Shown piece by piece: positions 56,231-64,000 of a DNA stretch of 64,000 nucleotides (the stretch's first letter is position 1; the number at the start of each line of letters is the position of its first letter). The notes below the pieces were generated by a model. The model was not told the DNA's origin, did no database searches, and was given only the letters and a program-made list of their open reading frames with translations. Position numbers and translations under genes: made by a program. The DNA comes from Clostridia bacterium (lineage in GTDB: Bacteria > Bacillota > Clostridia > JAAYHZ01): positions 1-64,000 of the forward strand of contig JBMNIH010000007.1 in assembly GCA_050950825.1 (NCBI GenBank). Reading direction: 5' to 3'.

Positions 56231-57778
56231 ATGAGGATCTGCATGACGGTAAAGCAAATAGCGAAGGGTGCTCTGCTTTTAACGCTGACGGGACTGCTTT
56301 TAAGATTGATCGGTTTTTTCTACAGGATTTACCAATCCAACATGATCGGAAACGAAGGGATGGGGCTGGTTCAACTCTTTTTTTCCGTTTATTCTTTGGT
56401 GCTCATTGTCCTTTCTTCCGGTTTATCCACGGCCGTTTCCAACCTGACGGCCCGGTCGGAAGCCGTCGGAGGAAATTCCGTTAAAATTATCAAGACGGCT
56501 CTTTTGTTGGTATTTTTAATCGGTATCCCCGTAGGCTTGATTGTGCATTTTTCTTCCGGGTTCATCGCGACGACCATTGTCAAAGACGAAAGAACCTTGT
56601 TGTCTTTTCGATTCATCGGATTCCTTCTTCCGGTGGTTGCCGCATCCTCGGTCATGAGAGGATATTTTTACGGACTCAATCATGTGCTGCCGTCCTCCGC
56701 CTCGCAAATGCTGGAGCAAGCAGTTAAGGTCATAGCGGCCGTTCTTTTGTACAACCGAATGATTCCTAAAGGATTGGATTATGCTTGCTTGGCCGTTGTT
56801 ATTGCAAGCGTGGCGGGGGATTTGGCAAGCTTTCTTATGCTGGGCTTTTTGATTGTTAAAAAGGACCGGCAAACGGGTAAAGAATCCGCTTCCTTACCTT
56901 TCAAAAAGCTGATTTCCGATTTAATGAAAATATCCGTTCCCTTGTCCTTTAACCGTCTGATTTCTTCTTTGCTGCATTCGGCGGAAATCATATTGATACC
57001 GAGAAGACTGATGCTTTCCGGAATGCAGTACGCACAAGGGATGGATCTTTTCGGAAGATTTACCGGTATGGCTTCGCCTTTGATTATGTTTCCTTCCATC
57101 TTCACCGCTTCTTTGGCAACCATGCTGGTTCCTACCATTGCCCGCGATATGCATAACGATGAAATGCTAAAGCAAAAGATCTCCAAATCCGTTCAATTGA
57201 CCATGGTGATCGGATTTTTATTTTCCGCCATATTCAATTCTTGTGCCCATGAATTCGGGGAGCTATTGTTTGCCGGTAAAAACGTAGGGGAGGTCATTCA
57301 AATTCTTTCTTGGTCCTGTATTTTCGTTTACTTGAACCAAACCCTATCCGGCATCATGCACGGGCTTAACAAGCATACGGCTTTTATGTGGAATTCCATG
57401 ATCGGATGCTCCTTAAGAATCCTGGTGGTGTACTTTTTGGTTCCCCTGAAAGGAATCACCGTTTACGTCTGGGGTATCAGCGTCAGCTTTGCGATAAGCG
57501 CCGTTTTGAATTTGTATACCATTATCAAAAGCACCGGCGTGGCGATAGATTTTCGAAAGTGGTTTTTTAAGCCGGCCTTGGTTTTTTTGGCCATGAAAGC
57601 CACCGGACAATACATAACGGCGATTCTTTCCGCCGTCGGGGTTCACGGAAAGCTGCATTTTGCCACGGTAATTTTGGGTACCTCCTTAATCGGATTGGGG
57701 ATGATGTTCGGCGTGGGGGCCATCAGCTTTCGAGAAACCGTGCATATGCTGGGAATCAAAAAACCTCGAAATTCGTAG
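56231..57778 (+). CDS. spoVB: SpoVB-like polysaccharide biosynthesis/flippase protein
   Basis: RLIGFFYRIY..IGNEGMGL, RGYFYG, SQMLEQ, LIPRRL and GMASPL..FP motifs. Confidence 0.8.
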   Translation: MRICMTVKQIAKGALLLTLTGLLLRLIGFFYRIYQSNMIGNEGMGLVQLFFSVYSLVLIVLSSGLSTAVSNLTARSEAVGGNSVKIIKTALLLVFLIGIPVGLIVHFSSGFIATTIVKDERTLLSFRFIGFLLPVVAASSVMRGYFYGLNHVLPSSASQMLEQAVKVIAAVLLYNRMIPKGLDYACLAVVIASVAGDLASFLMLGFLIVKKDRQTGKESASLPFKKLISDLMKISVPLSFNRLISSLLHSAEIILIPRRLMLSGMQYAQGMDLFGRFTGMASPLIMFPSIFTASLATMLVPTIARDMHNDEMLKQKISKSVQLTMVIGFLFSAIFNSCAHEFGELLFAGKNVGEVIQILSWSCIFVYLNQTLSGIMHGLNKHTAFMWNSMIGCSLRILVVYFLVPLKGITVYVWGISVSFAISAVLNLYTIIKSTGVAIDFRKWFFKPALVFLAMKATGQYITAILSAVGVHGKLHFATVILGTSLIGLGMMFGVGAISFRETVHMLGIKKPRNS

Positions 57779-57833
57779 GAATTGTTAAGAATTCGAAGTA
57801 AATAAGAGCTATTTCAAGTTGAATTCTCTTGAA

Positions 57834-57850
57834 GGTCAAAGAAGGTCAAA
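57834..57850 (+). promoter_or_regulatory. CtsR operator
   Basis: GGTCAAA-GAA-GGTCAAA direct repeat, the CtsR consensus. Confidence 0.88.
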
Positions 57851-57858
57851 ATCAAATT

Positions 57859-57886
57859 TTGATATTTCGCCGAATCGGGGTATAAT
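57859..57886 (+). promoter_or_regulatory. Sigma-A promoter of hsp20
   Basis: TTGATA-16-TATAAT between two CtsR boxes. Confidence 0.7.
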
Positions 57887-57895
57887 AAAGACAAA

Positions 57896-57912
57896 AGTCA
57901 AAGAAAGTCAAA
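57896..57912 (+). promoter_or_regulatory. Second CtsR operator
   Basis: AGTCAAA-GAA-AGTCAAA. Confidence 0.88.
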
Positions 57913-57962
57913 GACAAGACAGGAATTGACTTTAAGATCAAAAGGTGTTGGAGGTGATGCCT

Positions 57963-58385
57963 ATGGCAGGACTGATTCCTTTTGGAAGAAGCTTTTTAAC
58001 GGATGTTTTTGATAACGATTGGTTTGAACCGATTTTTAATCGGCCTTGGATGATTCCGGGTGATCGCAGCATGTGTTGCGATATCAAGGAATTGGACGAC
58101 AAGTATGTAATGGAGATTGATCTTCCCGGCGTAAAGAAGGAGGATATCGATATCAGCTTGGATAACGGCTTACTGACGATTTCGGCAAGAGCGGAGGAAG
58201 CCAAGGAAGACAAGGGAAAATATATCGTAAAAGAAAGGAGAATGCAAACCTGTCAAAGAAGCTTTCGAGTAGGCGATCGGATAACGAAGGACAATGTCCG
58301 CGCAACCTTTGAAAACGGCGTTTTGACATTGACCATCGACAAGAAGGGAGGCGAGCCGAAAGACACCAAAATCGACGTCAATTAA
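57963..58385 (+). CDS. Hsp20/alpha-crystallin small heat-shock protein
   Basis: DLPGVKKEDI, ERR..RSF and FENGVLTL motifs; RBS GGAGGTG. Confidence 0.92.
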   Translation: MAGLIPFGRSFLTDVFDNDWFEPIFNRPWMIPGDRSMCCDIKELDDKYVMEIDLPGVKKEDIDISLDNGLLTISARAEEAKEDKGKYIVKERRMQTCQRSFRVGDRITKDNVRATFENGVLTLTIDKKGGEPKDTKIDVN

Positions 58386-58437
58386 TATGATGAAATGAAT
58401 CTTTACGGTCGAAATAAACGGCATGAATACACTCGAT

Positions 58438-58462
58438 AAGGCGGAACGATTTGTTCCGCCTA
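58438..58462 (+). terminator. Hairpin between the hsp20 genes
   Basis: AGGCGGAAC...GTTCCGCCT. Confidence 0.6.
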
Positions 58463-58552
58463 TGGTAAAGCATTTCATTGCAAAGCGTTTATGCGAAGCA
58501 ATTTTAATATAGATCATTTTTTGGAGAATACTAATAGCGGAGGTGTTAATCC

Positions 58553-59008
58553 ATGTTTGATTTGATTCCTATTAACAGAAGAGTGAACCGATTGGCAAGA
58601 AGTGCATTTGACGATATGTCCGATTTTATGTCCGATTTTTTCAACGGCTTCTTTAATAACTTTGCTTATCCTTTTACCGGCAACTTTATGAGAAGCGACG
58701 TGAAAGACAACGGAAAGGAATATGCCATCGATATTGAGCTTCCCGGCGTAAAGAAGGAAGATATCGACGTGCATCTGGACAACGGATACCTGACGGTAGC
58801 CGTGAACGTGAAAGAAGAAAACAAAGACAAAAAGGATAACTACATTATGCAAGAACGCAGATACGGCGCATGCCAAAGAAGCTTCCGTGTCGGCGACAAC
58901 ATTAAAAAATCGGATATTAAGGCGCAGTACAAGGACGGCATCTTAACCCTGACGTTACCGAAGGCAGAAGATACAAAAGAAAAAGATACACGTATCTTGA
59001 TTAGCTAA
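58553..59008 (+). CDS. Hsp20/alpha-crystallin small heat-shock protein
   Basis: ELPGVKKEDI, ERRYG..RSF and YKDGILTLTLPK motifs. Confidence 0.93.
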   Translation: MFDLIPINRRVNRLARSAFDDMSDFMSDFFNGFFNNFAYPFTGNFMRSDVKDNGKEYAIDIELPGVKKEDIDVHLDNGYLTVAVNVKEENKDKKDNYIMQERRYGACQRSFRVGDNIKKSDIKAQYKDGILTLTLPKAEDTKEKDTRILIS

Positions 59009-59015
59009 GGAGAAG

Positions 59016-59042
59016 AAGACGGTTTTACGCCGTCTTTTTTTA
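59016..59042 (+). terminator. Intrinsic terminator
   Basis: AAGACGG...CCGTCTTTTTTT. Confidence 0.78.
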
Positions 59043-59112
59043 TGCCCTTTTTTAATTAGGGAAATAAAGGAAAATTTTTAAGCAATATTTCAAAAATTTT
59101 TGAAGATTTTCC

Positions 59113-59141
59113 TTGACAATAGGAGAACCGGGGCATATAAT
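59113..59141 (+). promoter_or_regulatory. Sigma-A promoter of the his operon
   Basis: Perfect TTGACA-17-TATAAT. Confidence 0.85.
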
Positions 59142-59190
59142 CGAATGCATAATTCATCAATTTATCTGTTTATCATGATGAAGTAATGGA

Positions 59191-60465
59191 GTGAACGCAG
59201 TGAACGACATGAAGATTTACACCCCGGAGGGTGTGCAGGACATATTAGGGAATATCAGCTACGGTAAGCGGAAGATCGAATCGAAGATTATGGAATTGTT
59301 CATGTCCTTCGGCTACGAGGAAATACAAACCCCCAATATCGAATATTACGATACCTTTGCCGTGGAAAAAGAATTAATGCCCCAAGAAAAGATGTTTAAA
59401 TTCGTCGATCCTCGGGGACGGTTATTGGTACTAAGACCGGATATGACCATACCGGTCGCTCGTGTTGCGGCTACAAAGCTGAGAACGGATCAAATACAAC
59501 GCTTCTGTTATGTGGGAAACGCATACCGATACAATGAATTCGGCGGAGGAAAACAAAGGGAATTTACGCAGGTAGGGGTGGAGCTTTTAGGAGACAAAAG
59601 CCCCCAAAGCGATGCGGAAGTCATCGTTTTAGCCATCCATGCCTTAATACGGTCCGGTCTTAACGAGTTTCAAATCGATATCGGACAAACGGATTTTTTC
59701 AAAGGAATCACCCAAGAAGCGGGGCTCAATTCCATGCAGGAGGAAAACCTTCGAGAGGCCATCGACACAAAGGATACCATCGGGATTGAAAATTTCACGG
59801 AAGATTTAAAGCTTTCATCGGATATGAAACGACTGATTCGAAATCTGCCGGATTTCTTCGGATCCGTCGAAGCCATTGACAAAGCATACGAGTTTCCGTT
59901 AAGCGAAAGGTCCAAGAAAGCCTTGCAAAACCTGCGGGAGATTTTGGATATTATTAACGGTTACGGCTTGAGCCGCTATGTTTCCGTAGATCTGGGCATG
60001 GTTCCCGCCTTGGACTACTACACCGGACTTATCTTCCGAGGATTTACATACGGCGTAGGGTTCCCCGTATTAAGCGGAGGGCGCTACGACAATCTTCTTG
60101 AAAAATTCGGGTTCCCCAAACCGGCCATCGGTTTTTCCATCGGCGTTAACATGCTGATCAACGCTCTTTTACGCCAAGACGATTCCGGTTTTCTTCAAAA
60201 ACCTAAAATCGACATGCTGTTTTATACGGACCCGGAATGTGCCGTGATCGGGTATCGGCTTTCCGACAAACTGAGAAATTCGGGGTATACCGTGGAAACT
60301 CTTTTTAATATAACGGACTTGGAAAAAACGGACAAAACGAAGTACAAGATGCTTGTTCGAGTAAACAAGGATCAAATTATCGTAGAGAATTTTTTAGATA
60401 ACACCGTGAAAGAATGGACTGAAGAAGAATTCGTCAACGGATATATCGGGAGGGATGCCATATGA
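59191..60465 (+). CDS. hisZ: ATP phosphoribosyltransferase regulatory subunit
   Basis: [28 protein letters not shown] and GGRYD motifs; first gene of the his operon. Confidence 0.93.
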   Translation: MNAVNDMKIYTPEGVQDILGNISYGKRKIESKIMELFMSFGYEEIQTPNIEYYDTFAVEKELMPQEKMFKFVDPRGRLLVLRPDMTIPVARVAATKLRTDQIQRFCYVGNAYRYNEFGGGKQREFTQVGVELLGDKSPQSDAEVIVLAIHALIRSGLNEFQIDIGQTDFFKGITQEAGLNSMQEENLREAIDTKDTIGIENFTEDLKLSSDMKRLIRNLPDFFGSVEAIDKAYEFPLSERSKKALQNLREILDIINGYGLSRYVSVDLGMVPALDYYTGLIFRGFTYGVGFPVLSGGRYDNLLEKFGFPKPAIGFSIGVNMLINALLRQDDSGFLQKPKIDMLFYTDPECAVIGYRLSDKLRNSGYTVETLFNITDLEKTDKTKYKMLVRVNKDQIIVENFLDNTVKEWTEEEFVNGYIGRDAI

Positions 60466-61094
60466 GAATGCTGAATATTGCCCTGGCAAAAGGAAGGCTT
60501 TCGGATTTATCCATCGATATTTTTGAAAATGCCGGTATTGACACCACGGAGCTCCGAAATCCGGGAAGAAAACTCATTTTGGAAGAGCCGAAAAGCGATA
60601 TACGCTTTTTCCTGGTAAAGCCCGGAGACGTTCCTACTTACGTGGAGTACGGTGCGGCGGATATGGGTATCGTAGGTAAGGATACGCTTTTGGAGGAAGG
60701 GCGAAATTTGTATGAGGTCTTGGATTTAGGCTTCGGAAAGTGCCAAATGGCGGTGGCGGGGCCTCCGGAAATGAAGGATCGCTTGAACCGTTTTGACCGT
60801 CTCCGAATCGGAACAAAATATCCCGAAACGGCTCGTAAATATTTCGAAGGCGTTAAAGGAATGCAGATCGAAGTCATCAAGCTGAACGGCTCCGTGGAAT
60901 TGGCCCCCTTGGTAGGCTTGTCGGAAGTGATTGTGGATATCGTCGAGAGCGGAAAAACCTTAAGAGAAAACGGTCTTGTGGTATTGGAAAAGATCGCCGA
61001 TATTTCCGCACGATTGATTGTAAACAGAGTCAGCATGAAAATGAAAAACGAGAAAATCAGCAAGCTGATTGCGGATATTAAAAGACAGTTGTAA
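60462..61094 (+). CDS. hisG: ATP phosphoribosyltransferase (short form)
   Basis: IALAKGRL and [25 protein letters not shown] motifs; 210 aa. Confidence 0.96.
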   Translation: MRMLNIALAKGRLSDLSIDIFENAGIDTTELRNPGRKLILEEPKSDIRFFLVKPGDVPTYVEYGAADMGIVGKDTLLEEGRNLYEVLDLGFGKCQMAVAGPPEMKDRLNRFDRLRIGTKYPETARKYFEGVKGMQIEVIKLNGSVELAPLVGLSEVIVDIVESGKTLRENGLVVLEKIADISARLIVNRVSMKMKNEKISKLIADIKRQL

Positions 61095-61110
61095 CGGGAG
61101 ATTCGAGCTT

Positions 61111-62421
61111 ATGCTGAAGATTTTTGATTTGAGCAATACGAATATCAACGAGGTTTATCAAAGACTGAAAAAACGAAGCGGTTTGGAAAGCAACGTGGAA
61201 AATGCCGTACGTCAAATTTTGGAGGACGTTAGAAATGAAGGCGATGCGGCTTTGCGAAGGTATGCTTTAAAGTTTGATAGGACGGATTATAACGAAGTTC
61301 CTATCCGTATATCGGACGAAGAAAGAAAGCAAGCCGCCTTACACGTAGCCCCTTCCATGCGTGATATCATAGATTCGGCGGCTAAAAATATTCGGGAATA
61401 TCATGAAAAGCAAAAAAGGAATTCCTGGTTTACCACGGATAAAAACGGTACTCTTTTGGGACAGTTGATTACTCCCGTAAGCCGGGTGGGTGTATACGTT
61501 CCCGGAGGAACCTTAGGAGCCGCACCTTTGATTTCAACGGTTTTAATGACCATCATTCCGGCTAAAATCGCCGGCGTGGAAAGAATCGTTATGGTCACTC
61601 CTCCCGGCGAATCCGGCAAAGTCAATTTCGAAATGCTTTATGCCGCCGGAGTGGCCGGTGCGGATGAAATCTACCGTGTCGGCGGCGCCCAGGCCATCGG
61701 CGCTTTGGCATACGGAACCGAAAGCATCAAGCCGGTCCATAAGATATTCGGCCCCGGGAATATTTACGTATCTACGGCCAAAAGATTGGTCTTCAGTCTT
61801 TGCGGAATCGATCAATTTGCAGGTCCCAGTGAAATTTTGGTTTTTGCCGACGGAAAGGCCAATCCTTCCTATATTGCGGCGGATTTATTATCCCAAGCGG
61901 AGCATGATCCTATGGCGGCAGCCGTTTTGGTTACCGATTCCTATTCTTTAGCGGAAGCGGTCAATAATCAAATAGAGGAGCAAATCGAAAGCTTGGATAA
62001 AAAAGAGATTTGCAAAAAATCTCTTTCCGAATACGGGTGTGCCGTTATTGTTCCGAATCTTTCGGAAGGAATGGATATCGTCAATGAAATCGCTCCGGAG
62101 CATTTGGAAATTTGTACGGAAAATCCGACGGATTGGCTGCCTTATGTGAAAAATGCGGGATCCGTCTTTTTAGGAGACTATTCTCCCGAATCCGTAGGAG
62201 ACTATTTTGCAGGGCCTAATCATGTTCTTCCTACCTGCGGAACGGCCAAGTTCTCCTCCCATTTAAGCGTAGACGACTTTGTGAAAAAGTCCGGCATTAT
62301 ATCCTACTCCAAAAAAGCATTGATGGAAAACGGCGACTACATAATGAAATTTGCCGAAGCGGAAAAGCTGTCCGCTCATGCCAGGGCGGTAGGAATTCGG
62401 TTGGAGGATTTAAAGGCATGA
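61111..62421 (+). CDS. hisD: Histidinol dehydrogenase
   Basis: YVPGG, GGAQAI, GPGN, AGPSE, QAEHD, APEHL and GPNHVLPT motifs. Confidence 0.96.
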   Translation: MLKIFDLSNTNINEVYQRLKKRSGLESNVENAVRQILEDVRNEGDAALRRYALKFDRTDYNEVPIRISDEERKQAALHVAPSMRDIIDSAAKNIREYHEKQKRNSWFTTDKNGTLLGQLITPVSRVGVYVPGGTLGAAPLISTVLMTIIPAKIAGVERIVMVTPPGESGKVNFEMLYAAGVAGADEIYRVGGAQAIGALAYGTESIKPVHKIFGPGNIYVSTAKRLVFSLCGIDQFAGPSEILVFADGKANPSYIAADLLSQAEHDPMAAAVLVTDSYSLAEAVNNQIEEQIESLDKKEICKKSLSEYGCAVIVPNLSEGMDIVNEIAPEHLEICTENPTDWLPYVKNAGSVFLGDYSPESVGDYFAGPNHVLPTCGTAKFSSHLSVDDFVKKSGIISYSKKALMENGDYIMKFAEAEKLSAHARAVGIRLEDLKA

Positions 62422-63470
62422 AATATTTAAGCGATTTGGCAAAGTCCTTGCAGCCTTATGTACCGGGAGAACAGCCGAAAGAAAAGACATATATCAAACT
62501 GAATACCAACGAAAATCCTTACCCTCCTTCTCCGAGAGTAATTCAGGCCCTCAGGGATACGGATGCAGCCGCATTAAGGCTGTATCCTCCCCCTGAGAGC
62601 GATGAGCTTCGGGAATGTATCGGAAAATTTTACGGTGTGGATAAAAGCATGGTGTATCCGGCTAACGGGTCCGACGAGCTTTTGGCTTGGTGTTTTCCTG
62701 CGTTTTTTGTAGGAGCGCCTTTGGTTATCAACGATATCACCTACAGCTTTTACCAAGTATATGCGAAGCTTTTTTCCGTACAAACCCAAATCGTGCCCTT
62801 GAACGAGGATTTTTCAATTCCCGTGGAAGCCTATTTGGGTATGGATAAAAACATGATTATTGCCAACCCCAATGCGCCTACAGGTCAAATATTGTCTTTA
62901 ATAGAAATCGAAAGAATTGTCCGATCCAATCCGGATCGGGTGGTATTGATCGACGAAGCCTATATCGACTTCGGAGGCGAGAGCGCGATTCCCTTGACGG
63001 CAAGATATGAAAACCTTTTAATCGTACAGACCTTATCCAAAAGCCGTTGCCTTGCCGGCCTGCGTTGCGGCTTTGCCGTCGGATCTCCTGTTTTGATCGA
63101 GGGATTGGCGAGAATCAAGAATTCTTTTAATTCGTATACCATGGATACAATCGCTTTAAAGCTGGCAAAAGCGGCAATCGAAGATAAGGAATACTTTTTG
63201 GATACCGTAAACAAGGTAAAAGCCACGAGGGCATGGGTGTCGGCAGAGCTTCGAAAATTGGGTTTTCGGTTTGCCGATTCCTATGCAAACTTTCTATTTG
63301 TCACTCATCCGAATATGGAGGCGTCGGTTTTGTTTGAACAATTGCGCCGGCAGGGGATTTTGGTTCGCTACTTCAATTTGCCTCGGATTCAAAATCATTT
63401 GCGAATCACCGTCGGGACTGACGAGGAAATGAAGCAATTGATAAATAAGTTAAAGGAAATACTGCCTTAA
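62418..63470 (+). CDS. hisC: Histidinol-phosphate aminotransferase
   Basis: [24 protein letters not shown] and TLSKS..LAGLR motifs. Confidence 0.95.
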   Translation: MKYLSDLAKSLQPYVPGEQPKEKTYIKLNTNENPYPPSPRVIQALRDTDAAALRLYPPPESDELRECIGKFYGVDKSMVYPANGSDELLAWCFPAFFVGAPLVINDITYSFYQVYAKLFSVQTQIVPLNEDFSIPVEAYLGMDKNMIIANPNAPTGQILSLIEIERIVRSNPDRVVLIDEAYIDFGGESAIPLTARYENLLIVQTLSKSRCLAGLRCGFAVGSPVLIEGLARIKNSFNSYTMDTIALKLAKAAIEDKEYFLDTVNKVKATRAWVSAELRKLGFRFADSYANFLFVTHPNMEASVLFEQLRRQGILVRYFNLPRIQNHLRITVGTDEEMKQLINKLKEILP

Positions 63471-63498
63471 GGGCGACGGAACGGAGGTCATCGGAAAG

Positions 63499-64000
63499 AT
63501 GGAACGTAAAGCTACGATACGGCGAAAGACAAAGGAAACGGAAATCGTTGCGGAACTGAATATAGACGGTACGGGAAGTACGGAAATCCGTACCGGAATC
63601 GGTTTTTTCGACCACATGCTGACGTTATTAGGGGTACACGGTCGCATGGATTTAAAAATTACGGCGGCAGGGGATATTGACGTGGACGGACATCATACGG
63701 TAGAAGATACGGGCATCGTTTTGGGAACGGCAATAAAAGAAGCTCTGAAAGACAAAAGCGGTATAGCTCGCTACGGCTGCTGTTATATGCCTATGGATGA
63801 AGCCTTGTCCCGTGTGGTAGTGGATATAAGCAATCGTCCTTATTTGGTTATGAATGTTTCGTTTCCCGTGGAGAAAATCGGGAATATGGATACCGAGCTT
63901 TTTGAAGAGTTCTTTAAAAGCATGGCTTTTCATGCCGGTATCACCCTTCATATGGAAACGTTGTACGGCAAAAACAGCCACCATATTGCGGAATCCCTTT
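63499..64000 (+). CDS. hisB: Imidazoleglycerol-phosphate dehydratase (3'-truncated by window edge)
   Basis: [32 protein letters not shown] and NSHH motifs. Confidence 0.95.
   Translation, partial: MERKATIRRKTKETEIVAELNIDGTGSTEIRTGIGFFDHMLTLLGVHGRMDLKITAAGDIDVDGHHTVEDTGIVLGTAIKEALKDKSGIARYGCCYMPMDEALSRVVVDISNRPYLVMNVSFPVEKIGNMDTELFEEFFKSMAFHAGITLHMETLYGKNSHHIAESL

Overview
Chromosomal segment of a spore-forming Clostridia-like Firmicute (inferred from spoIIE, spoVB, CtsR boxes and sigma-A promoters). Positions 1-5330 are an AT-rich accessory island: an arsenic-resistance cluster (acr3, arsC, arsP, small thioredoxin-like protein, DUF2703), a truncated nuclease gene and nested, degenerate IS256-type elements. 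Next come an ECF sigma cluster, tRNA-Leu and tRNA-fMet, and an ABC-F ATPase behind a uORF/attenuator leader. A glycan-utilisation region follows, with two paralogous solute-binding lipoproteins, one of them interrupted by an intact IS110 element. The rest holds redox/stress genes, a pseudokinase-TM-LysM protein, a SNF2 helicase, prs, spoIIE, thrC, fucI, tRNA-Arg, dusB, spoVB, two hsp20 genes and the start of the his operon. The top finding is the IS110 element (about 21902-23558). Its ~290-nt non-coding left end holds a predicted structured RNA with short segments matching both the host insertion site and the element's own end, as expected for an RNA-guided (bridge-RNA) recombinase whose specificity can be read from this window. 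All calls are by eye; no database search or folding program was run.
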